Shown: positions 1 to 8,657 of the stretch, piece by piece
Layout of the letters: each line of letters begins with the position of its first letter
Numbering within the stretch: the first letter of the stretch is position 1
Source of the DNA: Ignavibacteria bacterium
GTDB lineage: Bacteria; Bacteroidota; Ignavibacteria; Kapaibacteriales; Kapaibacteriaceae
NCBI GenBank assembly: GCA_947459875.1
Contig: CANHFG010000004.1
Coordinates: 1-61,847 of the forward strand
Reading direction: 5' to 3'
DNA: 61,847 nt
Translations under genes and position numbers: made by a program
Notes under the pieces: model-generated
What the model was told of the DNA's origin: nothing
What the model saw: only the letters and a program-made list of their open reading frames with translations
The model's database searches: none

Positions 1-809
1 CCTCCCGGCCCGCCGTCCCCTGCGTCAAGATCGTTACCATGGCCGCTTCCTCCGGCCGAGCCAAACACGGCGTTGGCCAACTCCGATGCGCCGCGCATCT
101 GACCGGCAGAACCTGGCACGGCAGAGCCAAAGGCCGATGATGTCATTCCCCCTGAACCACCGGCTCCGGCGGCGTTTCCTCCTCCTCCTCCGCCGTTACG
201 CACACTTCCGGCATGTCCGCCCTGATACCACCGATGAACATTGACGGCTTTTGAGCCCTGCTGGCAAGCCCCCTCCCCGTGGCCAAAATCACGGGGATGT
301 TCTTCGTGGGAAATCTCAGGGGGCGAAGTGTCGCGGCTATTCCACGACCGTTGGCCCGAGCGAAAGCCCACGCCGCTGGCTGTGATCTTGCCGGAAATCT
401 CAACGGCAGAGTCCGACCAGATGGCGATGATGCCTCCGCTTGCACCATTCCACGGCTGCGCGCTGATCCTGCCGTCGATCTGAGGATTTGCCGGTTCGTA
501 GGCTCGTACGATCTGCACGTGCCGAGAGCGCGACACGGAACTGGCTATGGCATAGCGCAGCCAAAGGCGGCCATCGGCGACCGTGTCGACAACATTCCAG
601 GCCCACGCGCCGGGTGGCTGATGCATGCCTGTCACTGCTGCTGCACATGTGGGCACATGCATGAGCACCCGGCATCCAGGCCGGAACAGGTGCGTTTCGC
701 GCACGAAGACGCTTCGCTGGCACGTGTCGATGCTCCATGCTGAGGAGCTGCGCACAATCGTGACGGAGTCTGCCGGCATGGCCAGACTTAGAACGAATAA
801 CAGCGCCAT
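1..809 (-). CDS. Glycine-rich secreted repeat protein, N-terminal part only (runs off the left edge). It is absent from the supplied ORF track.
   Basis: I checked every plus-strand triplet starting at a position divisible by 3, from 807 down to 3. None is tta, cta or tca, so this minus frame is open for 269 codons. The ATG at 809 (alternative ATG at 779) overlaps the stop of the upstream gene (788-790). Translation runs MALLFVLSLAMPADSVTIV...GIIAIWSDSAVEISGKITASGVGFRSGQRS...NGGGGGGNAAGAGGSGG...GSAGGSGHGNDLDAGDGGPG. The listed ORFs 143-448(-), 400-738(-) and 279-743(+) are shadow frames of it. Confidence 0.6.
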   Translation of the reverse strand, partial: MALLFVLSLAMPADSVTIVRSSSAWSIDTCQRSVFVRETHLFRPGCRVLMHVPTCAAAVTGMHQPPGAWAWNVVDTVADGRLWLRYAIASSVSRSRHVQIVRAYEPANPQIDGRISAQPWNGASGGIIAIWSDSAVEISGKITASGVGFRSGQRSWNSRDTSPPEISHEEHPRDFGHGEGACQQGSKAVNVHRWYQGGHAGSVRNGGGGGGNAAGAGGSGGMTSSAFGSAVPGSAGQMRGASELANAVFGSAGGSGHGNDLDAGDGGPG

Positions 810-2230
810 CGCTGAATCTCCTGATCGTACCAGAGCTGGATCATGTCGTCTTGCTGCAGAAACAGATTGACATCGTTCTTGAAGTGCATTCGTTCGGCGG
901 GTGCTGCCAGGGGATGTTCGTCGATCAGCTGCACAACACCTTCGGTTACGAGCAGGGTCAGCAGTCTGTTTCCGGTATCTGTCCGAAGCCCGATGATGGG
1001 ACTGCCGGCGGCGCTGCCTTTGAGGCGCACAACCATCGCATTCGGAACAATGATCAGCGCCTGGCCCGTTGGCGGAACTTCAATCACTGCCGATGCTGCC
1101 GTTGCCATTGAGGATATCTGCGAAAGTCCGCTCGAGAAAAGATGATGGACATACGTTCGATTCCTGGTGATCATATCGCGATACGTCGAGATCTGGAAGG
1201 CATGGGGCAGCAGAGGCTTCTCACCCCCGAGTATCACATCACCGGCAATGGCCATGAGCGAGATCTGTCCGGTATCGGTCTGAAACACGCCTCCTACGGC
1301 AACCGAAATTCCGGCTGCCTGCGTTGTGGATGCACCCAGCACGCCAATGCTTGTTCCAGCATTGTTTGTGGCTGTGGACGCACTTCTGCCGAGGACGCCG
1401 ATCGATACCGTCTGGCTGCCCCCACCGCCACCACGCTGCGTTGTGCCCATTACACCCATGATCGTGTCGCCCGCAAACGGAGAGTTTGATGCGGCATGAC
1501 CGCGAACGCCCACCCGCTCTGCCAGAGGGAGAGAATCGAACACCGCCGACTGGGAAACACCGAGAATACCCATGCCATTGCTGTAGGCCCTGGCGATGAT
1601 TCCCGCATGCTGCGGTCCGGCTGCGACGATCTCGATCCCGCGTCGCGGCGGAGTCGTACCGCCGACGTCGATAGCAACACCACTGCCCGAGATCAGCGCG
1701 TTGTAGCGCACGCCCGTACCACCGGTGATGTCGATCCCCGTTCCCAGTGTTGGCCGGCCCGAACCGGTTGGGCCACCTATGCGCAGCCCCGTGCCGATGC
1801 CGTTCGACTGACTGGCGATGACGACTCCGGCATCGGTACTTCCGGTTGCTCCAACATCACTGACAAGCAATCCCGTACTGGACGTTGTTGCATCCATCGA
1901 GATGGTCAGCCCCCTCCCGCCCTGCGGAGCGATCGCACCGATTCGCATGGATTCCAAGGGGGCTGTCCCGATCCCGTTACCGACCGACACCGGACCAAGA
2001 AGCCAGGTGTAGCCGCTGCTGCCGATCTCAAGCGAGCGAACCGATGCGGTTCCACTGACAACTCGAAGTGGCAGATTATTCGTCGATCTATTCGTGATAA
2101 CCAGCGGCAGCGGAGTTGAATTCTCGATGCCGCTCGTGCGCACGATCTGAGCCACACTTCGAGTGCCGCCGACGAACAGCAGGATCGTCAGCGCGCACGC
2201 CAAGCCGGATCGAAGGATTTGATGAGACAT
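788..2230 (-). CDS. Secreted Gly/Ser/Thr-rich beta-solenoid-like repeat protein (fibre-like), function unknown
   Basis: ORF 788-2269. The internal ATG at 2230 gives the signal peptide MSHQILRSGLACALTILLFVGGTRSVAQ. Many degenerate G-(I/V)-x-(I/V/G) repeats occur (GIGTGLRIGG, GTGIDITGG, GVAIDVGG, SIGVLGRS, SIGVLGAS). No catalytic motif was recognised. Confidence 0.6.
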   Translation of the reverse strand: MSHQILRSGLACALTILLFVGGTRSVAQIVRTSGIENSTPLPLVITNRSTNNLPLRVVSGTASVRSLEIGSSGYTWLLGPVSVGNGIGTAPLESMRIGAIAPQGGRGLTISMDATTSSTGLLVSDVGATGSTDAGVVIASQSNGIGTGLRIGGPTGSGRPTLGTGIDITGGTGVRYNALISGSGVAIDVGGTTPPRRGIEIVAAGPQHAGIIARAYSNGMGILGVSQSAVFDSLPLAERVGVRGHAASNSPFAGDTIMGVMGTTQRGGGGGSQTVSIGVLGRSASTATNNAGTSIGVLGASTTQAAGISVAVGGVFQTDTGQISLMAIAGDVILGGEKPLLPHAFQISTYRDMITRNRTYVHHLFSSGLSQISSMATAASAVIEVPPTGQALIIVPNAMVVRLKGSAAGSPIIGLRTDTGNRLLTLLVTEGVVQLIDEHPLAAPAERMHFKNDVNLFLQQDDMIQLWYDQEIQRWRCYSF

Positions 2231-2244
2231 GAAATGTGGTTGAA

Positions 2245-3144
2245 TTACATCGGTGACAGGACCATCCACGCTATGCGTTCTGTGGCCGCCAGAGGAGAAG
2301 ATGTTTCCACCGTGAATGTATCGGCCGTAGTATCGATCGAGGTCACGGAAATGGCGATGGTGGTACCGGCTGCATTGACTACAGACACGATCGGTATGGC
2401 GCCCGTGGGAACATCCTGTCCGATCGTGATCGTGTGGACGTGATTGCCCGCCGTGGGTGCGTAGAGTCCACGCGGCACGTCGGCCAGTGCGCTACGCCAG
2501 CTCATGGTTCCGGCGGTGGTCGACGAGAGCACCATGCCGTTGGAAGCCGGTGCCTGTTCCGGCAATGTGTACGTTACGTCACCAGTTTGGGCTGCTGCCT
2601 TGAAGGCCGTAAAGTTGGTACCCGATGCGCTCGGCTCGGCGAACCGCAGTTCGGTGGCCTGACCCGTGTTGGAGAGCATCACCGTGCGGGCAAGGTCGAT
2701 GGGTGCCGATGGAGTGCTGGTACCCAGACCGATCCATCCCTGTGTAGGACCGGCTACGCCAACGATGCGCAGGGCTTCGGTAGAGTTAGCCGCCACGACA
2801 AGATCCTGTGCATTTTTCGTTCCGAGGAACTGCTGATTGGCTGCCGTGCCTCCGAGCGTAATGTCCGAACCCTGCAGACTCCAGAAGTTCGTGTTGCTCC
2901 AGGAGAGTGTTGCCGACGTTCCGGTGACCGTCTGGATCGTCAGTGCCTGACCTGACTCGCCGATGCCCGGCGGCAGGATAAGTGTGTACGGCGTAACGCC
3001 GGTTCCGGGCACCGTAAGCGAAATGGTCGACGGTTGACCATTGCGCAGCTGCAGCGTTCCGGTGGTAACGCTCTGGGCTCGCAGTGAGCCCGACCAGGCT
3101 CCGATACCAATGAGAATGATCACGAATGGTAGTGCGCGAATCAT
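2245..3144 (-). CDS. Secreted tail-fibre-like surface protein (FCB-type fibre motif series)
   Basis: ORF 2245-3201. The ATG at 3144 is preceded by AGGAG 7 nt upstream and gives the signal peptide MIRALPFVIILIGIGAWSGSLRAQ. Motifs seen are FWSLQG..., FLGTKNAQDLVVAANSTEALRIVG, IGLGTSTPSAPIDL, ELRFAEPSASGTNFTAFKA and VTYTLPEQAPASNGMVLSS..GTMSW. From memory, these match the motif series recurrent in Bacteroidota and Ignavibacteria fibre-like proteins. Confidence 0.6.
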   Translation of the reverse strand: MIRALPFVIILIGIGAWSGSLRAQSVTTGTLQLRNGQPSTISLTVPGTGVTPYTLILPPGIGESGQALTIQTVTGTSATLSWSNTNFWSLQGSDITLGGTAANQQFLGTKNAQDLVVAANSTEALRIVGVAGPTQGWIGLGTSTPSAPIDLARTVMLSNTGQATELRFAEPSASGTNFTAFKAAAQTGDVTYTLPEQAPASNGMVLSSTTAGTMSWRSALADVPRGLYAPTAGNHVHTITIGQDVPTGAIPIVSVVNAAGTTIAISVTSIDTTADTFTVETSSPLAATERIAWMVLSPM

Positions 3145-3212
3145 GAGAAACTCCTGTAGATGGAAATGAAGAAAATGAAGTCGTGAACGACTGATGTTCA
3201 CGCGTTGATGTC

Positions 3213-3980
3213 TCAGGGAATGATGGACCAGTGGATCTCTTCGTCAGAAAGTAGAGGCGCTGATACGCTGAAGACCAGCTCGTTGGTGTTGTGATCGATG
3301 CGCAACTGACCCAGCAGGTGCGTTGTGGGAGAATGCACGTCAAACGTGACATGCTGGGATGCTTGCAGCGTTGTTGTCGGACGCACACGATACGTGCTCG
3401 ATCGTCCATCGCCACGAATGGAGCCCGATTCGATCGGGACGCTGGCCGAGGAGATCATCAGTGCAGCCCCCTGCCTTTGAATGCTCACGCCGCCCGTGCC
3501 GATGATGCTCACCGGTCCGGCGAGTTCATTGATCGATGTTACCAGTCCGGATGCACGAGGGTCGAGCCGCGCCGCCACTTCGGCATAGGCCGCCGTGAGC
3601 GCCGAGGCAACCGGTAGGATCATCACACGGGGCAGTCGCTCGGGCTCGTTATCAATGCTATACCCGAGATACGTCGGCGAACTTCGCAGCAGCGTATCCG
3701 GAAGGGGCGTTAGGCTGCCCAGGATCAGATCGCATCTTCCGGAGATGATCTGCGATGTGAGCGATTCCTGCCACAGGGGCAGACCTCCGGCAGCGTCCGC
3801 ATACCATCGTACCAGCACGGTGTGCAGCCCATCGTCAGGAAGCGGACTTCCAAAGACGACGGGCACGGTCATACTGCGTGGCAGTTGAGCGGTCAGTGAA
3901 GGGGGCGTTGCGAGAAGGATCGCAATGCAGGCGAGTGTCGAGAGGCACGATGTGGTCATCGAGCGTCTACGTACCGCCAC
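3213..3980 (-). CDS. Secreted protein with a fibre-protein N-terminal module, function unknown
   Basis: ORF 3213-3980 has a GTG start at 3980 and an alternative ATG at 3959. The signal peptide is MTTSCLSTLACIAILLATPPSLTAQ. The segment LVRWYADAAGGLPLWQE...YLGYSIDNEPERLPRVMILPVASALTAAYA resembles the N-terminal module that precedes fibre repeats in FCB-group proteins. Confidence 0.5.
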   Translation of the reverse strand: MAVRRRSMTTSCLSTLACIAILLATPPSLTAQLPRSMTVPVVFGSPLPDDGLHTVLVRWYADAAGGLPLWQESLTSQIISGRCDLILGSLTPLPDTLLRSSPTYLGYSIDNEPERLPRVMILPVASALTAAYAEVAARLDPRASGLVTSINELAGPVSIIGTGGVSIQRQGAALMISSASVPIESGSIRGDGRSSTYRVRPTTTLQASQHVTFDVHSPTTHLLGQLRIDHNTNELVFSVSAPLLSDEEIHWSIIP

Positions 3981-4325
3981 CTAGTCAGAACGTGACATGC
4001 TCCGCGAAAAAAGGCTGAGAATGATCATCCAGATCGCCGATACAAACAAGCCCCCTACCTCTCGCTCGATCTCTCCATCCCACCACTGACCGCGCGTCTG
4101 CGTCAGCAGGACAAGCCCCCACACGCCATAGATGGATGCCATGATCCGTGCAGGAACAACCACTCGGTGCGCCAGTGAAGTCACCGCGCCGCAGCCGCTG
4201 AGAACGGCGGCAATGCCGTAGGCCGAAGACCAGAGCGCTGCGTCAATATCGTTGAACTGTAGGGTGACAAACCAGCTGAACATACCGGTCATGACGATCG
4301 ACGCTACGCGTGAGATGCGTCTCAT
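3981..4325 (-). CDS. TMEM220-like small membrane protein
   Basis: ORF 3981-4352. The ATG at 4325 forms an ATGA overlap with the upstream stop. There are four hydrophobic segments. The motifs LQFNDIDAALW and EREVGGL match my recollection of the transmembrane-220 family (LQYNDPD...W, E.REFGGL). Confidence 0.5.
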   Translation of the reverse strand: MRRISRVASIVMTGMFSWFVTLQFNDIDAALWSSAYGIAAVLSGCGAVTSLAHRVVVPARIMASIYGVWGLVLLTQTRGQWWDGEIEREVGGLFVSAIWMIILSLFSRSMSRSD

Positions 4326-4627
4326 GCCGTTGCCAGCAGAAGGATCATGCAAAGAAGTCCGAGTACACCAACGGCATCATGGCGACGTGATTGGCGCGGA
4401 CGTGTAAGCGGCATGGCCACAAGCACTGCGGCCGCTGGCGCATGGGCCAGTCGCAGATCACCGAGGGCACTGACGATGAATGCTGCGCAGGTGATGAAGA
4501 ACATCGTATGATGCCACATCCCGAAGGACTTTCCGCGGTAGCGGGCACCAACACCAAGCAGCAGTGTGGCCAGATACAGCAGCAGTAGCGGCAGGTCGGT
4601 AAACGCTATGGGCAGCATGCCGCTCAT
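4322..4627 (-). CDS. Small integral membrane protein, unknown function
   Basis: The ORF is 101 aa with about 3 hydrophobic helices. Its ATG at 4627 shares one base with the upstream TGA stop. The strand and packing are consistent with the surrounding operon. Confidence 0.45.
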   Translation of the reverse strand: MSGMLPIAFTDLPLLLLYLATLLLGVGARYRGKSFGMWHHTMFFITCAAFIVSALGDLRLAHAPAAAVLVAMPLTRPRQSRRHDAVGVLGLLCMILLLATA

Positions 4628-5145
4628 CAGTTCAGCAGAGAGCGATCAAGGGTGTCGCGATAGAATCTGGGATACGATGCAAGGTCGACCGTTATCATGC
4701 GCAGCCTCTCAAGATTCACCGAGTCTCCCCTGCTGCGGATCTGGACGCGGCGTCCGGTCATGTACCGCGTAGCAGTTGTGCGCACCCAACGATACTCTCC
4801 GGCCGACATCGTCAGGCGGTTGAGCATGATGATCAGTTGTGACTCGATCGCGGCCTTGCCGGCATCTTCCTTGGCCATCGAATCAAGCTGGCGGGCAATC
4901 TCGTGAAGCGCCATGAGCTGTGATGGTCGCAACACGCCGTCAGGGGGCGCAGTGTACTTCTCCTTGTTGACGATCTGGGCAAGGATGCCCGGCTCGGCAG
5001 GACGGATGATACCGAGACTCATCTGTGCCTCGAACAGCAGACCGCGGATGAAGACCACCAGATAGACCAAGCTGGCGATGAAGACCAGCGCCACAACGAT
5101 TCGTCGCCAGCGACGGAATCGGCCTGTGCCGGACTTAGTTGCCAT
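4627..5145 (-). CDS. N-terminally membrane-anchored hypothetical protein
   Basis: ORF 4627-5229. The internal ATG at 5145 gives MATKSGTGRFRRWRRIVVALVFIASLVYLVVFI (positive N-region plus one TM segment). It overlaps the ftsY stop by 11 nt. No motif was recognised. Confidence 0.5.
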   Translation of the reverse strand: MATKSGTGRFRRWRRIVVALVFIASLVYLVVFIRGLLFEAQMSLGIIRPAEPGILAQIVNKEKYTAPPDGVLRPSQLMALHEIARQLDSMAKEDAGKAAIESQLIIMLNRLTMSAGEYRWVRTTATRYMTGRRVQIRSRGDSVNLERLRMITVDLASYPRFYRDTLDRSLLN

Positions 5146-6133
5146 TGCCGGCTGATGATTCCTCGAACATCGCCTCAACGAAGGCCATGGCGTCGAATGG
5201 CTGTAGGTCATCGATCCGCTCGCCAACACCGATGTAGCGCACTGGAATGTTCATGTTATCGGCAATGGCGATCACGGCTCCGCCCTTTGCAGTTCCATCA
5301 AGCTTTGTCAGCACGATCCCCGTCACCGGTGCCACCTTGGTGAACTCGCGTGCCTGTTGCAGGGCGTTCTGTCCGGTGGTTGCGTCAAGTGCCAGGAAGA
5401 CATCATGCGGAGCACTCGGATGGATCTTCTTCATCACCCGGCCGATCTTTTCCAATTCCTGCATGAGCCCCTGCTTGTTGTGCAGACGTCCGGCAGTGTC
5501 GATGATCACCACGTCCACACCGCGCGATTTGGCCGCATTGAGCGTATCAAATGCCACCGCAGCCGGATCGGCCCCTTGTTGCTGTTGAACGATGTCCACG
5601 CCGGCACGCTGCGCCCAGACCTCAAGCTGTTCATTGGCTGCAGCGCGGAACGTGTCAGCAGCACCGATGAGCACCGTCTTGCCAGCCTTCTTGTAGTTGT
5701 GTGCAAGCTTGCCGATGGTGGTTGTCTTTCCCACACCATTGACGCCGATCAGCATGATGACATGGGGCTTATCGGAATCATTGATCGAGAAACTTGCGTC
5801 AGCTGCGGCTGTTGGCGATTCGAGCATGATACCGGCGATCTCCTCCTTGAGGATGCCGATGATGTTCTCCGAGTCGGTGATGTTCTCGGACTTTACGCGC
5901 CCCTTGACCCGTGAGATGATCTTCTCGCTGGTGTCCACACCGACGTCCGAGGTGATGAGAATCTCCTCGATCTCGCTCAGCAGGGCTGCGTCGATAACGC
6001 GTCCGCTCAGCAGAGAACGCAGACGTCCCACGAATGATGAACGCGTCTTGGAAAGGCCTTCTTTGAGACGATCAAAGGAAAGCGCTTCGGCAACACCGCT
6101 AAGGCGCTGCTTGACTTTATCGAAGAATCCCAT
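5135..6133 (-). CDS. ftsY: Signal recognition particle receptor FtsY
   Basis: The SRP-GTPase motifs GVNGVGKTTTIGKLA, DTAGRL and TKLDGTAKGG are present. The N-terminal helical domain and the length of 332 aa also fit. Confidence 0.95.
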   Translation of the reverse strand: MGFFDKVKQRLSGVAEALSFDRLKEGLSKTRSSFVGRLRSLLSGRVIDAALLSEIEEILITSDVGVDTSEKIISRVKGRVKSENITDSENIIGILKEEIAGIMLESPTAAADASFSINDSDKPHVIMLIGVNGVGKTTTIGKLAHNYKKAGKTVLIGAADTFRAAANEQLEVWAQRAGVDIVQQQQGADPAAVAFDTLNAAKSRGVDVVIIDTAGRLHNKQGLMQELEKIGRVMKKIHPSAPHDVFLALDATTGQNALQQAREFTKVAPVTGIVLTKLDGTAKGGAVIAIADNMNIPVRYIGVGERIDDLQPFDAMAFVEAMFEESSAGNGN

Positions 6134-6653
6134 ACATCCTTTTGCCGTATTGCCACAAAGATACCGCCATCGCTGCGGTCGCCAGAATCATCAGTACCTG
6201 AACCGCCGGATGTTCCGATGTGATAAGCAAGGCCAAGATGCCCGAGGCAGCGATGGAGGTCACGGCGATCTTGCCGCTCATGAGAGACGGGAGCACAAGA
6301 CTGTGGCGCGTTTTCAGCCACCATCCGGCAACAAGAATGATCACATCCCTGGCGATGATCAGCCAGGCAAACCAGGTCGGAATGATCTGTTCAGAGAACA
6401 TCACGAGCATGACCGCCCCGACGAGGATCTTGTCGGCTATCGGATCGATGATCATTCCCCACTCGCTTACCGTGTCGGTGCGGCGCGCCACAAAGCCGTC
6501 CAGCCAGTCCGTGAGCGCAGCCGCCAGGCACCAGAAGAAGGCCGATACGTTGTCGTGCTGCAGAAGCAGGATAACGATCGGAACGGTCATAACCGCCCGC
6601 AGGGCAGAGATGAGATTCGAAAGTGTGAGGATGGTCTTGAGTGGAGTCTTCAT
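6117..6653 (-). CDS. pgsA: CDP-alcohol phosphatidyltransferase (CDP-diacylglycerol--glycerol-3-phosphate 3-phosphatidyltransferase-like)
   Basis: The motif DWLDGFVARRTDTVSEWGMIIDPIADK matches D-x2-D-G-x2-A-R-x8-G-x3-D-x3-D. The protein is multi-TM and 178 aa long. Confidence 0.85.
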   Translation of the reverse strand: MKTPLKTILTLSNLISALRAVMTVPIVILLLQHDNVSAFFWCLAAALTDWLDGFVARRTDTVSEWGMIIDPIADKILVGAVMLVMFSEQIIPTWFAWLIIARDVIILVAGWWLKTRHSLVLPSLMSGKIAVTSIAASGILALLITSEHPAVQVLMILATAAMAVSLWQYGKRMYGILR

Positions 6654-7987
6654 GAACGGCGAGCCTCTTTCAGCCAGAAAAACAGCAGCAGTGAGACGGA
6701 TGTGGTAAGGCCTACGAGAGCCGGATGGCCGGCTGCAATGATGATCGCCAGGAGCGCTGCACCGGCAGGTACGACCATCATAACAATGATGCTGGCGCGG
6801 AATTGCCCGGCCAGGGATGTATGACTCAGCAAGGTTGGTATCAGCAGTGCGCTGACAACGATAGAGGCTGCGTTCATGATGAGTTCGATGAAACTCGGCG
6901 CATTGATCGCCACGAGTGCCCCGGCCAACGAAGCGATCATCAGTCCGATCCGGTTGCGCAGCACACTGCCGTGGGGGGCACGTCTTGAAACTGGGATGAC
7001 ATTCTCGGCGATGATCGTAGCGCTAGCGAGTGCATAACCGCTGAGCGTCGAAGATATTGCCGCAACGATTCCGGCAATGACAATGCCACGTCCCCACGGA
7101 GGAAGTACTTCCCCGGAGAGCACCAGATACGCAGACTTGGGATCGACGCCCGGGAGGTGCCGGGCGGCGTACAGTCCGCCGACCAGCTGCAATAGATCGA
7201 ACACGATCCAGCAGACCACGCTCCAGAGGATGGCACGTCGGGCCGTAGAGGCGCTCGACGCGGAAGCTGCGCGAACGTAGAAGTTGGGGTCGATGAACGT
7301 CTGCGTTGCAATCACAAACCAGCTCAGGATCCCTCCCCAGCCAAGTTCACCGGGAACCGAGAACAGGGGGCGTGTGGTCTCATCATACAGCGTTTCCGGC
7401 CCGCCGAAGGACATGATACTGGCTCCGACAAGCAGTCCCATGCCGGTGTACATCAGGATCACCTGCACAACATTGGCATAGACGTCGCTGCGCAATCCAC
7501 CGATGACAACGTAGGAGATCGAGGCGATCGTGCCAATCATGATCGATGGTCCGAGCGACCATCCCAGCTGATTCGAGATAAGGTGCCCCAACATCAGCTG
7601 ATAGGATGCCGGTACGGTGATCACCAGAAGCAGGGTGGCTGCTATGCGACGGGCATTGTCGCCGTAGACACGACCGATCTGCTCTGGTATCGATGCTGAC
7701 ATCTGTGTACGCACGCGACCCGACAGCCACGTTGAGTATATGAACGCAACGGCGTAGTACGGAACGCCGAAGCAGAGGATGAACACAATACCATAACGAA
7801 GGACAAACTCTCCGGAGGCCAGGATGGCCCCGTACCACGTGGCAACGAGGGTTGCCACCAGCAGCGGCATGCTCAGCGAACGTCCGGCCAGCACATAGTC
7901 TTGCCTGCCACGACGGCTTGCGGCAATTCCAGCAATGTGAACACCGATCAGGCTCAGCAGCAAGACGAGCAGTTCAGTGGAGATCAT
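6650..7987 (-). CDS. Sodium:solute symporter family (SSF) transporter
   Basis: ORF 6650-8059. The ATG at 7987 forms an ATGA overlap with the rnhB stop. There are about 12-13 TM segments with an SSF-like pattern (GRSLSMPLLVATLVATWYGA...). The substrate is not inferable. Confidence 0.7.
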   Translation of the reverse strand: MISTELLVLLLSLIGVHIAGIAASRRGRQDYVLAGRSLSMPLLVATLVATWYGAILASGEFVLRYGIVFILCFGVPYYAVAFIYSTWLSGRVRTQMSASIPEQIGRVYGDNARRIAATLLLVITVPASYQLMLGHLISNQLGWSLGPSIMIGTIASISYVVIGGLRSDVYANVVQVILMYTGMGLLVGASIMSFGGPETLYDETTRPLFSVPGELGWGGILSWFVIATQTFIDPNFYVRAASASSASTARRAILWSVVCWIVFDLLQLVGGLYAARHLPGVDPKSAYLVLSGEVLPPWGRGIVIAGIVAAISSTLSGYALASATIIAENVIPVSRRAPHGSVLRNRIGLMIASLAGALVAINAPSFIELIMNAASIVVSALLIPTLLSHTSLAGQFRASIIVMMVVPAGAALLAIIIAAGHPALVGLTTSVSLLLFFWLKEARRS

Positions 7988-8631
7988 TGTCTGTTCCCGG
8001 GCACGTGTTCTTTCACGTCCAGAATCTTGCCCAGGAACGACCGCCGGTGCTCGGCACACGGACCGCCGGCACGGAGCGCCTCACGGTGAAATGCCGTGCC
8101 ATAGCCTTTGTGACGATCGAAACCATATGCGGGGAACTGCCGTGCGAGAACCTCGGTCATGATCTTGTCGCGATGGGTCTTGGCCAGTATCGACGCGGCG
8201 GCGATGCTGACAACCGAGGCATCGCCTGCAACGATCGTGGTGTGCCCGATGGCATGCCTGCGAAATCGATTGCCGTCGACAAGAAGATGATAGCTCTCGG
8301 GTGAACCGCCCAGCTGTTGATGGCACTGATCGATGGCCTCGTGCATGGCGTCAAAGGTTGCCTGAAGAATGTTCACTGCGTCGATACGCTCGGCCTCAAC
8401 GACGCCCACGGCCCAGGCCACAGCAGAGCTTCGTATGGCCTCGGCCAGTTCGGCCCGGCGCTCTGCTGGTAGGCGCTTGGAGTCATCAATGCCAGCTGGG
8501 ATCGCCTGCGGGTGCAGCACGACGGCTGCCGCTACGACCGGTCCGGCCAGCGCACCGCGGCCGGCCTCGTCAAGGCCGATCGCCCAGAGCCCCCTGCCAA
8601 GAAGTTCGGATTCAACATCAAACGAGATCAC
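7984..8631 (-). CDS. rnhB: Ribonuclease HII
   Basis: The motifs GLDEAGRGALAGPVVAAAV, DSKRL and GDASVVSIAAASILAK are present. The start is GTG at 8631. Confidence 0.9.
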   Translation of the reverse strand: MISFDVESELLGRGLWAIGLDEAGRGALAGPVVAAAVVLHPQAIPAGIDDSKRLPAERRAELAEAIRSSAVAWAVGVVEAERIDAVNILQATFDAMHEAIDQCHQQLGGSPESYHLLVDGNRFRRHAIGHTTIVAGDASVVSIAAASILAKTHRDKIMTEVLARQFPAYGFDRHKGYGTAFHREALRAGGPCAEHRRSFLGKILDVKEHVPGNRQ

Positions 8632-8657
8632 GCCGCGAAACTACGGCGTGAGTGAAC

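Noticed and set aside
143-743. The ORF-track entries 143-448(-), 400-738(-), 241-483(+) and 279-743(+) as candidate genes
   Set aside because: All are short, Arg/Pro/Cys-rich and mutually overlapping. The third minus frame is open across the whole region and gives a coherent protein, so these are shadow frames.
1-3980. A prophage tail-fibre module as the explanation for the fibre-like genes
   Set aside because: No baseplate, tape-measure, sheath, capsid, terminase, lysis or integrase gene is present in the window. The genes follow directly on a housekeeping operon. The first three have Sec signal peptides, which phage fibres lack. This cannot be fully excluded because the left flank is unseen.
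5697-6824. A 375-aa plus-strand ORF antisense to ftsY and pgsA
   Set aside because: It lies entirely opposite two genes with unambiguous motifs. The product is Arg/Pro/Ser-rich with no recognisable motif. This is a typical shadow ORF of high-GC DNA.
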